This document shows, in pieces, positions 56,082 to 64,000 of a DNA stretch of 64,000 nucleotides (positions are counted from its first letter, which is position 1; each line of letters starts with the position of its first letter). Origin of the DNA: an uncultured Rhodobacteraceae bacterium (GTDB lineage: Bacteria; Pseudomonadota; Alphaproteobacteria; Rhodobacterales; Rhodobacteraceae); contig CALSOO010000011.1 of assembly GCA_943787985.1 (NCBI GenBank), positions 34,444 through 98,443 on the forward strand, written 5' to 3'. The translations under genes and the position numbers were made by a program. Under the pieces are notes generated by a model. That model made no database searches. It saw only the letters and a program-made list of their open reading frames with translations, and was not told the origin of the DNA.

Positions 56082-56582
56082 TCAGCCCTTCTTGTTCCAC
56101 GGAGCGGAGGCCATCTTGGCCGGGGCTGCTGCTGCGTCCCCGCCGGTCTGGGCTTTCTTCGCAGCCTGCGATGCGGCCGTGCCCTGTTCCGGCGTCATGT
56201 AGCGGATCGCATTGCTCTCCCCGTAGCCGTTCTTGGGCGGCTTCACCGTAACCTGGATCGTCATCGGGATGAGGTGCAGTTCCTCGCTGTCGCTGACCTG
56301 CATCTTGCCCGTCGCATGGCAGATCGCCGACAGCGTCCGCTGCGCAATCTCGACCGTGGTCGGGTTCGGGTTCACCAGATTCAGCTGGTCGAAGATCTTC
56401 CGGCCTTTGTGCGGGCCATCCAGAATATCCAGCATCAGCCAGAGGAACTGGCCCATGCCGTTGCGGGTCACGCGCATCTCGCTCTCGACGATCTGGGCGC
56501 TGTATTTGCCTGCGGGCAGCAGCTCATATGCGGTGGTGGGCTCGATGCCCGAGGCATCAAATGCGGCGTCAAAACGTGCCAT
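56082..56582 (-). CDS. DUF669-like phage protein (ssDNA-binding-like)
   Basis: LLPAGKYSAQIVESEMRVTRNG...LWLMLDILDGPHKGRKIF is the usual DUF669 N-terminal pattern, and it is the usual partner of AAA_24 ATPases. Confidence 0.65.
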   Translation of the reverse strand: MARFDAAFDASGIEPTTAYELLPAGKYSAQIVESEMRVTRNGMGQFLWLMLDILDGPHKGRKIFDQLNLVNPNPTTVEIAQRTLSAICHATGKMQVSDSEELHLIPMTIQVTVKPPKNGYGESNAIRYMTPEQGTAASQAAKKAQTGGDAAAAPAKMASAPWNKKG

Positions 56583-56605
56583 GGTCGTATCCTTTCAGGT
56601 CTGGA

Positions 56606-57352
56606 TTATTCAGGTTGGGGCATGGCTGCGAGGAACTCTGACCACTCGAGCGGCAAGGTGTCCGGCAGGCCGTAACGGTTCTTGGCGAGGAAAGCCGGGC
56701 GCTCTTCGGTGTGCATGACGCGCGCACCGGACCCGAGCGCCCGGGTCACCTTCTTGTTGAAGCCGACATCAGATTTTGCGACCGAGATCTGGTAGTTCGC
56801 GAAAAGCACCACATCGGAATGCTCCTGCAGCAGCGCCGAGGCGCGGGTCTGCAGCTTGATCACATACCGGTCGTAGGGTTCGTGCTCGGGGCTGTCGAAA
56901 CGCTTGATGTCGGTATGGGCAATCTGGATAACCACCATGCCCTTCTGATCGCGAAGCGCATTCAGCTTATCGAGGTATTCGCGCCAGACGGTCAGAGCCT
57001 CGGCGTAACCTTTGCCAAAGCCCGGGGTTTCGATCGACTGCCAGCCGTTGCGTTTGCACGCTTCAGCCCAGATCAGCGGCTCGAGCCAGTCTACGCTGTC
57101 AACAACGACGGTCCCATAATCGTGATCTTCATCCAGCAATGCGTCGAGCGCTTCCGCCACCTCAGCATAGCTGGTCGCCAACGGAAAATGCGGGACCTGC
57201 AATTTGCCGAGACCGTCCTCGGTCATGATGAACACCGGCGCGCCAGCGTCAGCCGCGAAGGTGGATTTTCCGACCCCGGCAACCCCGTGGATCAGGATGC
57301 GCGGCGGCTGGAGCACCGAGGTGGTGCGCAGAGATGCGAGAGAAATAGCCAT
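56606..57352 (-). CDS. AAA_24/Sak4-like RecA-fold ATPase
   Basis: Walker A HGVAGVGKST and Walker B VVVDSV. 248 aa, in a phage recombination-module context. Confidence 0.8.
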   Translation of the reverse strand: MAISLASLRTTSVLQPPRILIHGVAGVGKSTFAADAGAPVFIMTEDGLGKLQVPHFPLATSYAEVAEALDALLDEDHDYGTVVVDSVDWLEPLIWAEACKRNGWQSIETPGFGKGYAEALTVWREYLDKLNALRDQKGMVVIQIAHTDIKRFDSPEHEPYDRYVIKLQTRASALLQEHSDVVLFANYQISVAKSDVGFNKKVTRALGSGARVMHTEERPAFLAKNRYGLPDTLPLEWSEFLAAMPQPE

Positions 57353-57837
57353 CAGCGCACCTCCTCGCCCAGCAACAGGCGGAACTTGGGCTTGCCGGTC
57401 CGGACCGTGCGCGCGGGTTCAAAACCCTTGCACCAGGACTCCGGCAGTGCAGTGTATTTGCGCTCTGACACCTTCAACGTGGTCTCGATGAACTCGGCCG
57501 GGTCCTCGCCAGCCGATGCGATGTTTTCGGCGATCTGGGCGAGTTTCGCCTGATCCCAATCGATCCGTTTCGCCAAGTCGGCGATCACGGTGACGTCGCC
57601 ATCTTCAAAGCGGATCGTGCCCGTGTCCTTGCCCGCCTCATGACGGCATTCGGCTGCACGTTCGGCGTATTTCAGGGAGATGGCACCATCGAGCCAATCA
57701 GATACGGTTTTGGCCTGGGTGAGCTGCTGATCGGCCGTCTCCTTCAGCATTGCCAGCTGATCAGCGGGCAGTGCGGCGATCTGGCCAACTGGCATGCGGT
57801 GGATATCGGCCAGTGTGATGTGGTTAGAAATTGTCAT
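57352..57837 (-). CDS. hypothetical phage early protein
   Basis: 161-aa ORF whose stop overlaps the downstream start by 1 nt. Confidence 0.5.
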   Translation of the reverse strand: MTISNHITLADIHRMPVGQIAALPADQLAMLKETADQQLTQAKTVSDWLDGAISLKYAERAAECRHEAGKDTGTIRFEDGDVTVIADLAKRIDWDQAKLAQIAENIASAGEDPAEFIETTLKVSERKYTALPESWCKGFEPARTVRTGKPKFRLLLGEEVR

Positions 57838-57848
57838 GTTGGTCCCCC

Positions 57849-58058
57849 TTACGCCGACATCGGGCGGTGGGGCTCGTGGTCCGAGCCGCGGATCTGCTCG
57901 ACCTCGAAAGCCTCGACATCTTCGAGCCGGTAAATCACCCGCCCCCCGAGTTTGATGAATTTCGGGCCTTCACCCGTCCACCGCCAACGCTCCAGCGTGC
58001 GGTGTGAAATGTTCCAGCGAGCCGCCAGCTCGATCTGGGAAAGGTGCCTTAGCGCCAT
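57849..58058 (-). CDS. MerR/excisionase-type helix-turn-helix protein (AlpA-like)
   Basis: LSQIELAARWNISHRTLERWRWTGEGPKFIKLGGRVIYRLEDVEAFE. AAGGAGG SD. First gene after the terminator at 58161-58195. Confidence 0.7.
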   Translation of the reverse strand: MALRHLSQIELAARWNISHRTLERWRWTGEGPKFIKLGGRVIYRLEDVEAFEVEQIRGSDHEPHRPMSA

Positions 58059-58160
58059 GTGAACCTCCTTCGGGTTTTTGCGAACACTTGCGGGATCAAC
58101 ATGGCGGAGGGGGTGGTAGGGCTCAGGAAGGTGTGCGGTAGGGGAACTGGTAGGAGAGCC

Positions 58161-58195
58161 ACAAAAGCAAAAAGCCGCCCCGGAGGACGGCTTTT
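58161..58195 (-). terminator. strong (bidirectional-looking) rho-independent terminator after the unknown two-gene cassette
   Basis: On the minus strand: GCCGTCC-tccg-GGGCGGC followed by TTTTTGCTTTTGT. It also has an A-tract/T-tract on the plus strand. Lies ~25 nt after the stop at 58218. Confidence 0.65.
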
Positions 58196-58217
58196 GTCAT
58201 CGCAAGATTTCCTTGGA

Positions 58218-59153
58218 TCAGGGCTCGATCCAGCAGTTTCCTTCGGCGTACTTTAGAAATGAACGCCAATCGTCACGGCCGCTGAAAACCTTTGCGAAGG
58301 CGTTCGTACCGTCCTTGTAACCGGCTTCAAACAGAACGGCGGCTGTCCGACACTCAGGCGAACCGGACCAGTATGCATCGAACAGCAAGCCCAACAGTTG
58401 CCGCTGTTTGTCGCTACGGAAAGTAAGGGTTTCGTTCCGCAGCCAGACAATGCCGTAGTCATCCGAATGGTCGATCGGGAAACGGCGCTGGACTTGACCC
58501 GGGAACACCCGTGACCGCAGAACCTGCGGCGAGATCGCGAGCTTGCCGGGTCCCATAACGTCTGCCACGCTGATGACGTGATTGCGCTTGTGAGTGGTGA
58601 CCGGAATGCGATCGCCCGGCGTCGACGTCAGGATGATGCGGGCTTCCACCGGAGGCCTGCGCTCGAACAGCCCCTCGACCCTCGCCCAGGCCGCAGGATC
58701 GCCGAGACGCCGCGCAAACCAGACAGGCGCAGGGGTTTTGGCGCCTGCAAGCCTGATGGTGCCAACATCCCAAAGCTGATCCTTGATCAGTGGCTGCGGT
58801 CCCGGCGGCCCCTGTCGCTCGAACGACACCAGCATTTTGGCGAGAGCCAGCCCATAGTCGACGCGATAGGCCGCGATCTCCTGCTCATCGACTTGGATCC
58901 AACGGCCTACGCTGTCGTGGTAGCCATATGACTTCAGCACTGGCGACCAGGTGACCTCGACCGGCTCGTCTTCGTAGTCATCCATCGCGGCAACGACCGA
59001 AACACGCCCGCCAGCAACGAGAAGTTTGGCCTCAAGCAGTATCTCGGTCGCTCGTGGCGAAACCTGGTGCAGCGTCGTGCCCTGAACAGATATGCTGCGG
59101 GCTTCCATGGCCCGCAGCAGAAGGTCGATCGCCCGCTTATTCAAGAACATCAC
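58218..59153 (-). CDS. hypothetical protein, no recognisable domain (cassette gene 2)
   Basis: 311-aa ORF whose start overlaps the upstream ORF by 17 nt. Codon usage is like its neighbours. The antisense ORFs are shorter and motif-free. Confidence 0.6.
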   Translation of the reverse strand: MMFLNKRAIDLLLRAMEARSISVQGTTLHQVSPRATEILLEAKLLVAGGRVSVVAAMDDYEDEPVEVTWSPVLKSYGYHDSVGRWIQVDEQEIAAYRVDYGLALAKMLVSFERQGPPGPQPLIKDQLWDVGTIRLAGAKTPAPVWFARRLGDPAAWARVEGLFERRPPVEARIILTSTPGDRIPVTTHKRNHVISVADVMGPGKLAISPQVLRSRVFPGQVQRRFPIDHSDDYGIVWLRNETLTFRSDKQRQLLGLLFDAYWSGSPECRTAAVLFEAGYKDGTNAFAKVFSGRDDWRSFLKYAEGNCWIEP

Positions 59154-60363
59154 CCTCGTCGGTGTCGTCTTTCAGGATGCCCCAGAGGCGCAGGTATTTC
59201 TCGCCGATCAGGCGTTCCTGTGGCGTCATGTCCTTCAGATTGCAGCCGTGCGGCATGGTCACAGTCAGAGCCAGAGACTTGCCGCGCCCACCTTCGGGGC
59301 CGGGGTGGAACTTGATCGTGAAGCGCGCGCGGGTGATCACCCATTCAGGCACCTCGCCTACAAAACCGGCCCCATGAGTACCGCTGCCGATATCCAACCC
59401 GATGCGGTGTTCTCCCATCTGCCAGATCGTCCGGTCCGCCCCCGACATGGATTCAAGCGTGATGCGTTCTTTCGCATCCCCGAGATCCATCAGGCGCAGT
59501 TCCTTGACCGTCACGCTGGCGATGCCGTCGGCCGGGTCCGTCGGAAAGTCGAAAGGCTGCAGAAGCATGCTCAGATCGTATTCGCGCAGCGGCAACGCTT
59601 GGTGCTCATCAATAGTGATGCCCAGCAGATCCCGGGCCATGAAACGCGTCAGATCCATACGATCCTCGCGGGTCTTGGCCACGACCTCAATCACGCCGGT
59701 CGCTGCCTCATAGGTCAATGCGGCCTCGAACACCGGTTTAACGATCCGGCGCGCCAGCGTGCTGTTGGCATCAAAGCCAAGCGTGTCCTCGGGGCGCCCC
59801 TCGCGATAAACTGCTACCTGGACGAGCTCACACTCTTCCCCATCGAGGATAACCCGGTGGCGGTCGAAGATGTCGACATGGACATTTGGCGTCTCAAACC
59901 GCTCACGGATCGCTGCGGTGAACGCCGCGATCGAGATTGGATCCTTCCGCACTGCAAGATCAGCATCGACTCCAAAACCGCTCCACGACCGGGTCCGGCG
60001 GCGCTCATCATTGTAGCGGACCTCTTCGGCCAGACGGAAACGGTCGGTCTCATTGAGGAAGACCCAGAGCGAGCGATTGTTTGCCCCTTCCAGCGGGTCG
60101 AACACAGCGCGGTTGAGAACCACGTTCTGCAAGGCGTTCTGGCCCGGCTCATCTGCGAGAGCGGCGACCCGGCCTGCATCTAGAATGACCCGCTGTTTTT
60201 CGTCATCGTTCATGTCGTCGACAGCCTTGATCAGGGGCTCGACGACCTCCGACTCGGGCTTGGTCCAATCGACCAGCGCGAGGGAAGTGAATCCGGCAGC
60301 GGTGAAGTAGTCTTGCAGTCGGGTGACGGGTGTTTTGCGGAGGAAGGCGGCGATGGCAGCCAT
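59137..60363 (-). CDS. hypothetical protein, no recognisable domain (cassette gene 1)
   Basis: 408-aa ORF starting at ATG 60363, divergent from the XRE repressor gene. The competing plus-strand ORF 59092-60183 looks like a GC-rich antisense shadow. Confidence 0.6.
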   Translation of the reverse strand: MAAIAAFLRKTPVTRLQDYFTAAGFTSLALVDWTKPESEVVEPLIKAVDDMNDDEKQRVILDAGRVAALADEPGQNALQNVVLNRAVFDPLEGANNRSLWVFLNETDRFRLAEEVRYNDERRRTRSWSGFGVDADLAVRKDPISIAAFTAAIRERFETPNVHVDIFDRHRVILDGEECELVQVAVYREGRPEDTLGFDANSTLARRIVKPVFEAALTYEAATGVIEVVAKTREDRMDLTRFMARDLLGITIDEHQALPLREYDLSMLLQPFDFPTDPADGIASVTVKELRLMDLGDAKERITLESMSGADRTIWQMGEHRIGLDIGSGTHGAGFVGEVPEWVITRARFTIKFHPGPEGGRGKSLALTVTMPHGCNLKDMTPQERLIGEKYLRLWGILKDDTDEGDVLE

Positions 60364-60410
60364 GGGAGCCCTTTCTGGCCAGGAGGAGGAGGGAATCGGT
60401 GCAAAGCGAT

Positions 60411-60487
60411 ACGATTATGTTCGATAAATACCGAACAAACCGCCTCGTCTAATTGCGCGGCACGATTTTGTTCGGCATACCGAACAA
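60411..60487. promoter_or_regulatory. two operator-like repeats in the divergent immunity promoter region
   Basis: ACGATTaTGTTCGataaataCCGAACAA (60411-60438) and ACGATTtTGTTCGGcataCCGAACAA (60462-60487). The second contains a perfect 8+4+8 palindrome, TTGTTCGG-CATA-CCGAACAA. Confidence 0.5.
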
Positions 60488-60521
60488 GCTTCCTGCAACC
60501 AAGGAAAACAAGGATGATACG

Positions 60522-60842
60522 ATGACCACGTCCCTCGGTGCCAAGATCAAGCGCCACCGCCAGGAAAAGGGATACTCCCTAGACAAGCTCGCGGAACTGA
60601 CCGACTCGAGCAAGAGCTACATTTGGGAGTTGGAAAACCGCGACGCACGAAAGCCGTCCGGAGAAAAACTGACACGGATCGCTCAGGCCCTCGAGGTCAC
60701 CACCGATTATCTGCTTGATGAAAGCGAGGAGCCCGGAGACGCGGTTCTAAAGGAGGCATTCTTCCGCAAATTCAGCAAGCTTGCCCCGGACGACCAGGCG
60801 AAGATCAATCAGATGATCGATATGTGGGGAAAGAAGGATTGA
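60522..60842 (+). CDS. XRE-family HTH repressor (cI/ImmR-like)
   Basis: Start ATG 60522. LGAKIKRHRQEKGYSLDKLAELTDSSKSYIWELENRDARKPSGEKLTRIAQALEVTTDYLL is a canonical HTH_3 domain. Confidence 0.85.
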   Translation: MTTSLGAKIKRHRQEKGYSLDKLAELTDSSKSYIWELENRDARKPSGEKLTRIAQALEVTTDYLLDESEEPGDAVLKEAFFRKFSKLAPDDQAKINQMIDMWGKKD

Positions 60843-61758
60843 GCCTGCCCACGACGCCACAGGGTTGGGCAATCCGCCTTACGCAGATCCTGTCGCTGCA
60901 TCAGGCAGCGCATGGGCTACCGCGGTTTCCGATTGATGTGGCGGCGCTGGCGCAGGATTTCTCACGACAGGTGTTTCCGGACGCACCGATCACAATGGTC
61001 GGCGGGCTGGACCTGTCCAAAGGCGTCGAAGGCATGTTGATGCCGCACCCCAACGGTTCTGGTGAGTGGGGTATCATTTACAATGAGACCATCCGTTCGC
61101 CGGGGCGGCGGAACTTCACGTTGGCCCATGAACTGGGCCACTACCTGCTGCACCGCAGACCAATCCCAACGGCCTCGAATGTAGCAACCGCAACATGGCT
61201 GACTGGGATGAGGGCCGGAACAAGATCGAAGGTGAGGCCAATACCTTCGCCTCCTACCTCTTGATGCCGCTCGACGACTTCCGAGCCCAGATCAAGGACC
61301 GCCCCATCGACATCGACGTGATGACCGATCTGGCGGACCGCTATGCCGTATCGCTTACCGCTGCGATTCTGAAATGGATGACCATCACCCAAAAGCGGGC
61401 CATGATCGTCGTCGGAAAGGACGGCTTCATCGACTGGGCATGGTCCAGCGAGCCTTTGATCAAGTCCGGGATCTTCTATGCCGCCCGGCAGAGCGTGATC
61501 GAACTTCCACAGGCCTCTCTCGCCGCACAAGAAGTCGACATGGACACCGGCCGCCATGGCCATCGCCACCCGGCAGGTGTCTGGTTAGGGTCTGAGCCCG
61601 TCCATGAAATGACGGTGTTCTCGCCCCGCAACGACCAGATGACGATCTCGCTGCTGCTTTATCCTGACCGCGCCCCATCCCGCTGGGAGATGGCTGAGCT
61701 GGAAGAAGAGCAGACCATCGATACATTCGACAAATTCATGGATGGTCGCGCAGGCTGA
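60824..61758 (+). pseudogene. ImmA/IrrE-family zinc metallopeptidase, interrupted by a frameshift (~61150-61195)
   Basis: ORF 60824-61264 ends just after the HEXXH motif (LAHELGHYLLH). The conserved continuation ...GLECSNRNMADWDEGRNKIEGEANTFASYLLMP is in another frame (ORF 61195-61758). Confidence 0.75.
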
Positions 61759-61980
61759 TTCGGCTCTGTGACTCCAATTGGCGCCCCCTACGGGCGCATA
61801 GTCATTGCGCAGAAATACGCGGCTCTACGCGCAGGTCGATTCTGTCCGCAAATTATTGAATTACTTGTGATTTCCTGATTTCGCGATACATTGACGGCAT
61901 CATTCCAATCGCGAAAAGTCGCCATGCCCAGCATCACATCAGGCCCGATTTCGGGTCCCAATCCTCTTTGTCCTGAGCGC

Positions 61981-62172
61981 ATGTCAGCGGACGCGCGCCT
62001 CGAAGAACTCGGTCGTATTCTGGCGGCTGGCGTCATTCGACTGAACACCGAAAACGCCAGTTCTTTATCTGCCGGAGGCGGAGACAGTTTCGTGGACTTC
62101 TCGCCCCGAAAGAGCGGTGGTCGTCGTGCAAAACGTATCCGCATCGGAGGAATTGATGAAGCATCACAATAA
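61981..62172 (+). CDS. hypothetical small protein upstream of DUF2924/recombinase
   Basis: 63 aa from ATG 61981 (MSADARLEELGRILAAGVIRL...). Overlaps the DUF2924 start by 17 nt. Start and reality are uncertain. Confidence 0.3.
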   Translation: MSADARLEELGRILAAGVIRLNTENASSLSAGGGDSFVDFSPRKSGGRRAKRIRIGGIDEASQ

Positions 62173-62656
62173 GATAACAGCGCCAAAGCCTGAGCAGGAC
62201 CGCGCAATGGATCAAACCGTCTTGGCGCGCTTGGCCGCACTAAAGGCGATGTCGGTGAAAGACCTGAAGGTCGAATGGGAAAAGCTCATCGGCAGCGCCG
62301 CGCCGAACAACAGCCGGACCTTTTTGGAAATCCGGATCGCCTATCGCATCCAGGAACTGACCTACGGCGGCCTCGACCGGGAAACTCGCCGCATGTTGGA
62401 TCTGCTGGCCGATGAGGTCGAAGGCGTCGCGCGCCGGAAAAACCAGATCGCTGATCCGCGCAATCCGGTCATAGGGACCAAGCTCATCCGGGAATGGGAC
62501 GGGGTCGAGCATACGGTGATCGTCCTGAAAGACGGTTTCGACTGGCAGGGCCGGAAGTTCAAATCGCTCTCGGCGGTGGCCCGTGCCATCACCGGAACGC
62601 GCTGGAATGGCTATCGCTTCTTCGGCTTGCGCGAACGCAAGCGGGAGGAAGCATGA
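62156..62656 (+). CDS. DUF2924-like protein
   Basis: ATG 62156 with GGAGG SD. LKVEWEKLIGSAAPNNSRTFLEIRIAYRIQELTYGGL...KFKSLSAVARAITGTRWNGYRFFGL matches the DUF2924 pattern seen next to serine recombinases. Confidence 0.7.
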   Translation: MKHHNKITAPKPEQDRAMDQTVLARLAALKAMSVKDLKVEWEKLIGSAAPNNSRTFLEIRIAYRIQELTYGGLDRETRRMLDLLADEVEGVARRKNQIADPRNPVIGTKLIREWDGVEHTVIVLKDGFDWQGRKFKSLSAVARAITGTRWNGYRFFGLRERKREEA

Positions 62657-63981
62657 TGGACATCAACGCCCGCCCCAACCGCCGCCTGCGCTGTGCGATC
62701 TACACCCGCAAGTCGAGCGAGGAAGGGCTCGACATGGAATTCAACAGCCTCGATGCCCAGCGGGAGGCCTGCGAGGCCTATGTCGCCAGCCAGCGATCCG
62801 AGGGCTGGGTTGCGACCCGCGAACGCTACGACGATGGCGGTTTTTCCGGTGGCACCCTCGAACGTCCCGGTCTTAAGCAGCTTCTGGCCGACATCGACGA
62901 CGGGTTGATCGACGTGGTCGTGGTCTACAAAATCGACCGCCTCAGCCGCTCGCTGATGGATTTTTCTAAGCTGGTCGAGATCTTCGACCGCAACGGCGTC
63001 ACCTTCGTCTCGGTCACGCAGTCGTTCAATACCACGACGTCCATGGGGCGGTTGACGCTGAACATCCTGCTCAGTTTCGCCCAGTTCGAGCGCGAGGTCA
63101 TCGGTGAGCGCATCCGCGACAAAGTGGCGGCATCGCGCAAGCGTGGGATCTGGATGGGCGGCTATGTTCCGCTGGGTTATAATGTGGAGGATCGCAAACT
63201 GTTGGTGAACGATGCCGAAGCCGCATCGGTCCGGCGCATCTTCGAGCGGTTTGTCGAACTGGGATCCGCGACGGTTCTCGCGCGCGAACTCCGCCGCGAC
63301 GGCTTCCGCAACAAGCAGGGTACGCTGATCGACAAGGGCTACCTCTATCGGCTCCTGAACAACCGAGTTTATCGTGGTGAAGCCGTCCACAAGGGCAAGG
63401 CTTATCCGGGCGAGCACGACGCTATCATCGACAACGACCTCTGGGATCGCGCCCACGCCATCCTGCAGGAAAGCCCCCGCAAACGGGCCAACAATAGCCG
63501 ATCCCGGACTCCTGCTCTTTTAAAGGGGCTGATCTTCAGCGACACCGGCGCTGCCATGACCCCCACCAGCACGAAGAAGGGCGCGAAGCTTTACCGCTAC
63601 TATGTGTCGATGGACGTCATCCGGAACCGCGAGACCGGTGCTGAGACCGCCCCGATGCGGCTGGCGGCTGGAATGGTCGAGGATGCGGTCGTGACCGAGG
63701 TCCGGCGCATTCTACAGACGCCGGAGGTGGTGACACAGGTGATTGCGGCCCTGAAGTCGGAAAATAGCGCGATTTCCGAGGCCGACGCCATCGCAGCACT
63801 TCATGATTTCACCGGGCTCTGGGCGCAACTATTCCCGGCCGAGCAGGCACGGATCATCCAGCTTCTCGTACGGCGCGTCACTGTCACTGCCGCAGGTCTT
63901 GAGGTGGACATCCGACGCGAGGGGATTGCGGGCGTCATCCGCGAGATGGTCGCGCCGCGCAGTCTGGAGGCCGCCGAATGA
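62653..63981 (+). CDS. large serine recombinase (resolvase domain + recombinase domain)
   Basis: ATG 62653 overlaps the upstream stop. Catalytic-Ser N-terminus RCAIYTRKSSEEGL...SLDAQREACEAY, VVVYKIDRLSRS, and the recombinase domain GGYVPLGYNVEDRKL. Its stop overlaps a further ATG at 63978. Confidence 0.9.
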   Translation: MMDINARPNRRLRCAIYTRKSSEEGLDMEFNSLDAQREACEAYVASQRSEGWVATRERYDDGGFSGGTLERPGLKQLLADIDDGLIDVVVVYKIDRLSRSLMDFSKLVEIFDRNGVTFVSVTQSFNTTTSMGRLTLNILLSFAQFEREVIGERIRDKVAASRKRGIWMGGYVPLGYNVEDRKLLVNDAEAASVRRIFERFVELGSATVLARELRRDGFRNKQGTLIDKGYLYRLLNNRVYRGEAVHKGKAYPGEHDAIIDNDLWDRAHAILQESPRKRANNSRSRTPALLKGLIFSDTGAAMTPTSTKKGAKLYRYYVSMDVIRNRETGAETAPMRLAAGMVEDAVVTEVRRILQTPEVVTQVIAALKSENSAISEADAIAALHDFTGLWAQLFPAEQARIIQLLVRRVTVTAAGLEVDIRREGIAGVIREMVAPRSLEAAE

Positions 63982-64000
63982 CGCATGCCGATGACACAAT

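Larger units (their letters stand above)
38622..64000 (-). mobile_element. lambda-like prophage remnant (continues beyond right edge of window)
   Basis: Contiguous phage modules: serine recombinase, XRE/ImmA, early replication/recombination operon, methyltransferase, and terS-terL-gpW-portal-protease. The left side ends at an IS3 junction with no capsid or tail genes. Confidence 0.8.

Noticed and set aside
63978-64000. New ORF starting with ATG at 63978
   Set aside because: Only 7 codons are visible, too little to call. It is mentioned under the recombinase-module finding.

Overview
High-GC chromosomal segment. Protein families and gene neighbourhoods look alphaproteobacterial, Rhodobacterales-like, but that is inference only. 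It runs from core metabolism into a mosaic accessory region. (a) 1-5.7 kb: homogentisate-pathway genes (fumarylacetoacetase 3' end, maleylacetoacetate isomerase) interleaved with an MBL hydrolase, an FAD aromatic hydroxylase and DUF2783, then 3-oxoacid CoA-transferase scoAB; scoA carries a 4 x 24-bp in-frame tandem repeat. (b) 5.9-6.7 kb: AT-richer tyrosine-integrase remnant. (c) 6.9-15.4 kb, minus strand: DeoR regulator, Ugp-like ABC importer, metallophosphodiesterase and Na/Pi cotransporter (organophosphate/phosphate scavenging), plus a divergent HAD-IIA hydrolase. (d) 15.6-18.1 kb: intact IS21-family element (istAB), then about 1 kb of AT-rich non-coding or remnant DNA. (e) 19.1-30.9 kb: TRAP-linked catabolic island (TPP enzyme, CoA-acylating aldehyde dehydrogenase, TIM-barrel enzyme, citryl-CoA-lyase-like protein, QsuB-like fusion, Gfo/Idh/MocA oxidoreductase, GntR regulator). 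(f) 30.9-38.6 kb: IS graveyard (decayed IS481-family element, intact IS1380-family element, and a truncated IS3-family element whose orfA end is cut off by an intact second IS3-family element) enclosing an AT-rich ammonium-transporter::MCP fusion gene. (g) 38.6-64 kb, continuing past the window: lambda-like prophage remnant with serine recombinase, XRE/ImmA switch, a PrimPol/helicase/Sak4-type replication-recombination operon, a ParB-methyltransferase and terminase-gpW-portal-protease, but no capsid, tail or recognisable endolysin genes. The best candidate for an undescribed system is an insulated two-gene cassette of unknown function (58.2-60.4 kb) next to the prophage immunity switch, possibly prophage-encoded defence or exclusion. 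Also notable are the Amt::MCP fusion, a SEC-C/DUF1186 moron inside the packaging operon and an iteron/AT-rich ori-like region. No rRNA, tRNA or CRISPR array was found. All family names come from my own recognition of translated motifs, not from database searches. Coordinates include stop codons.
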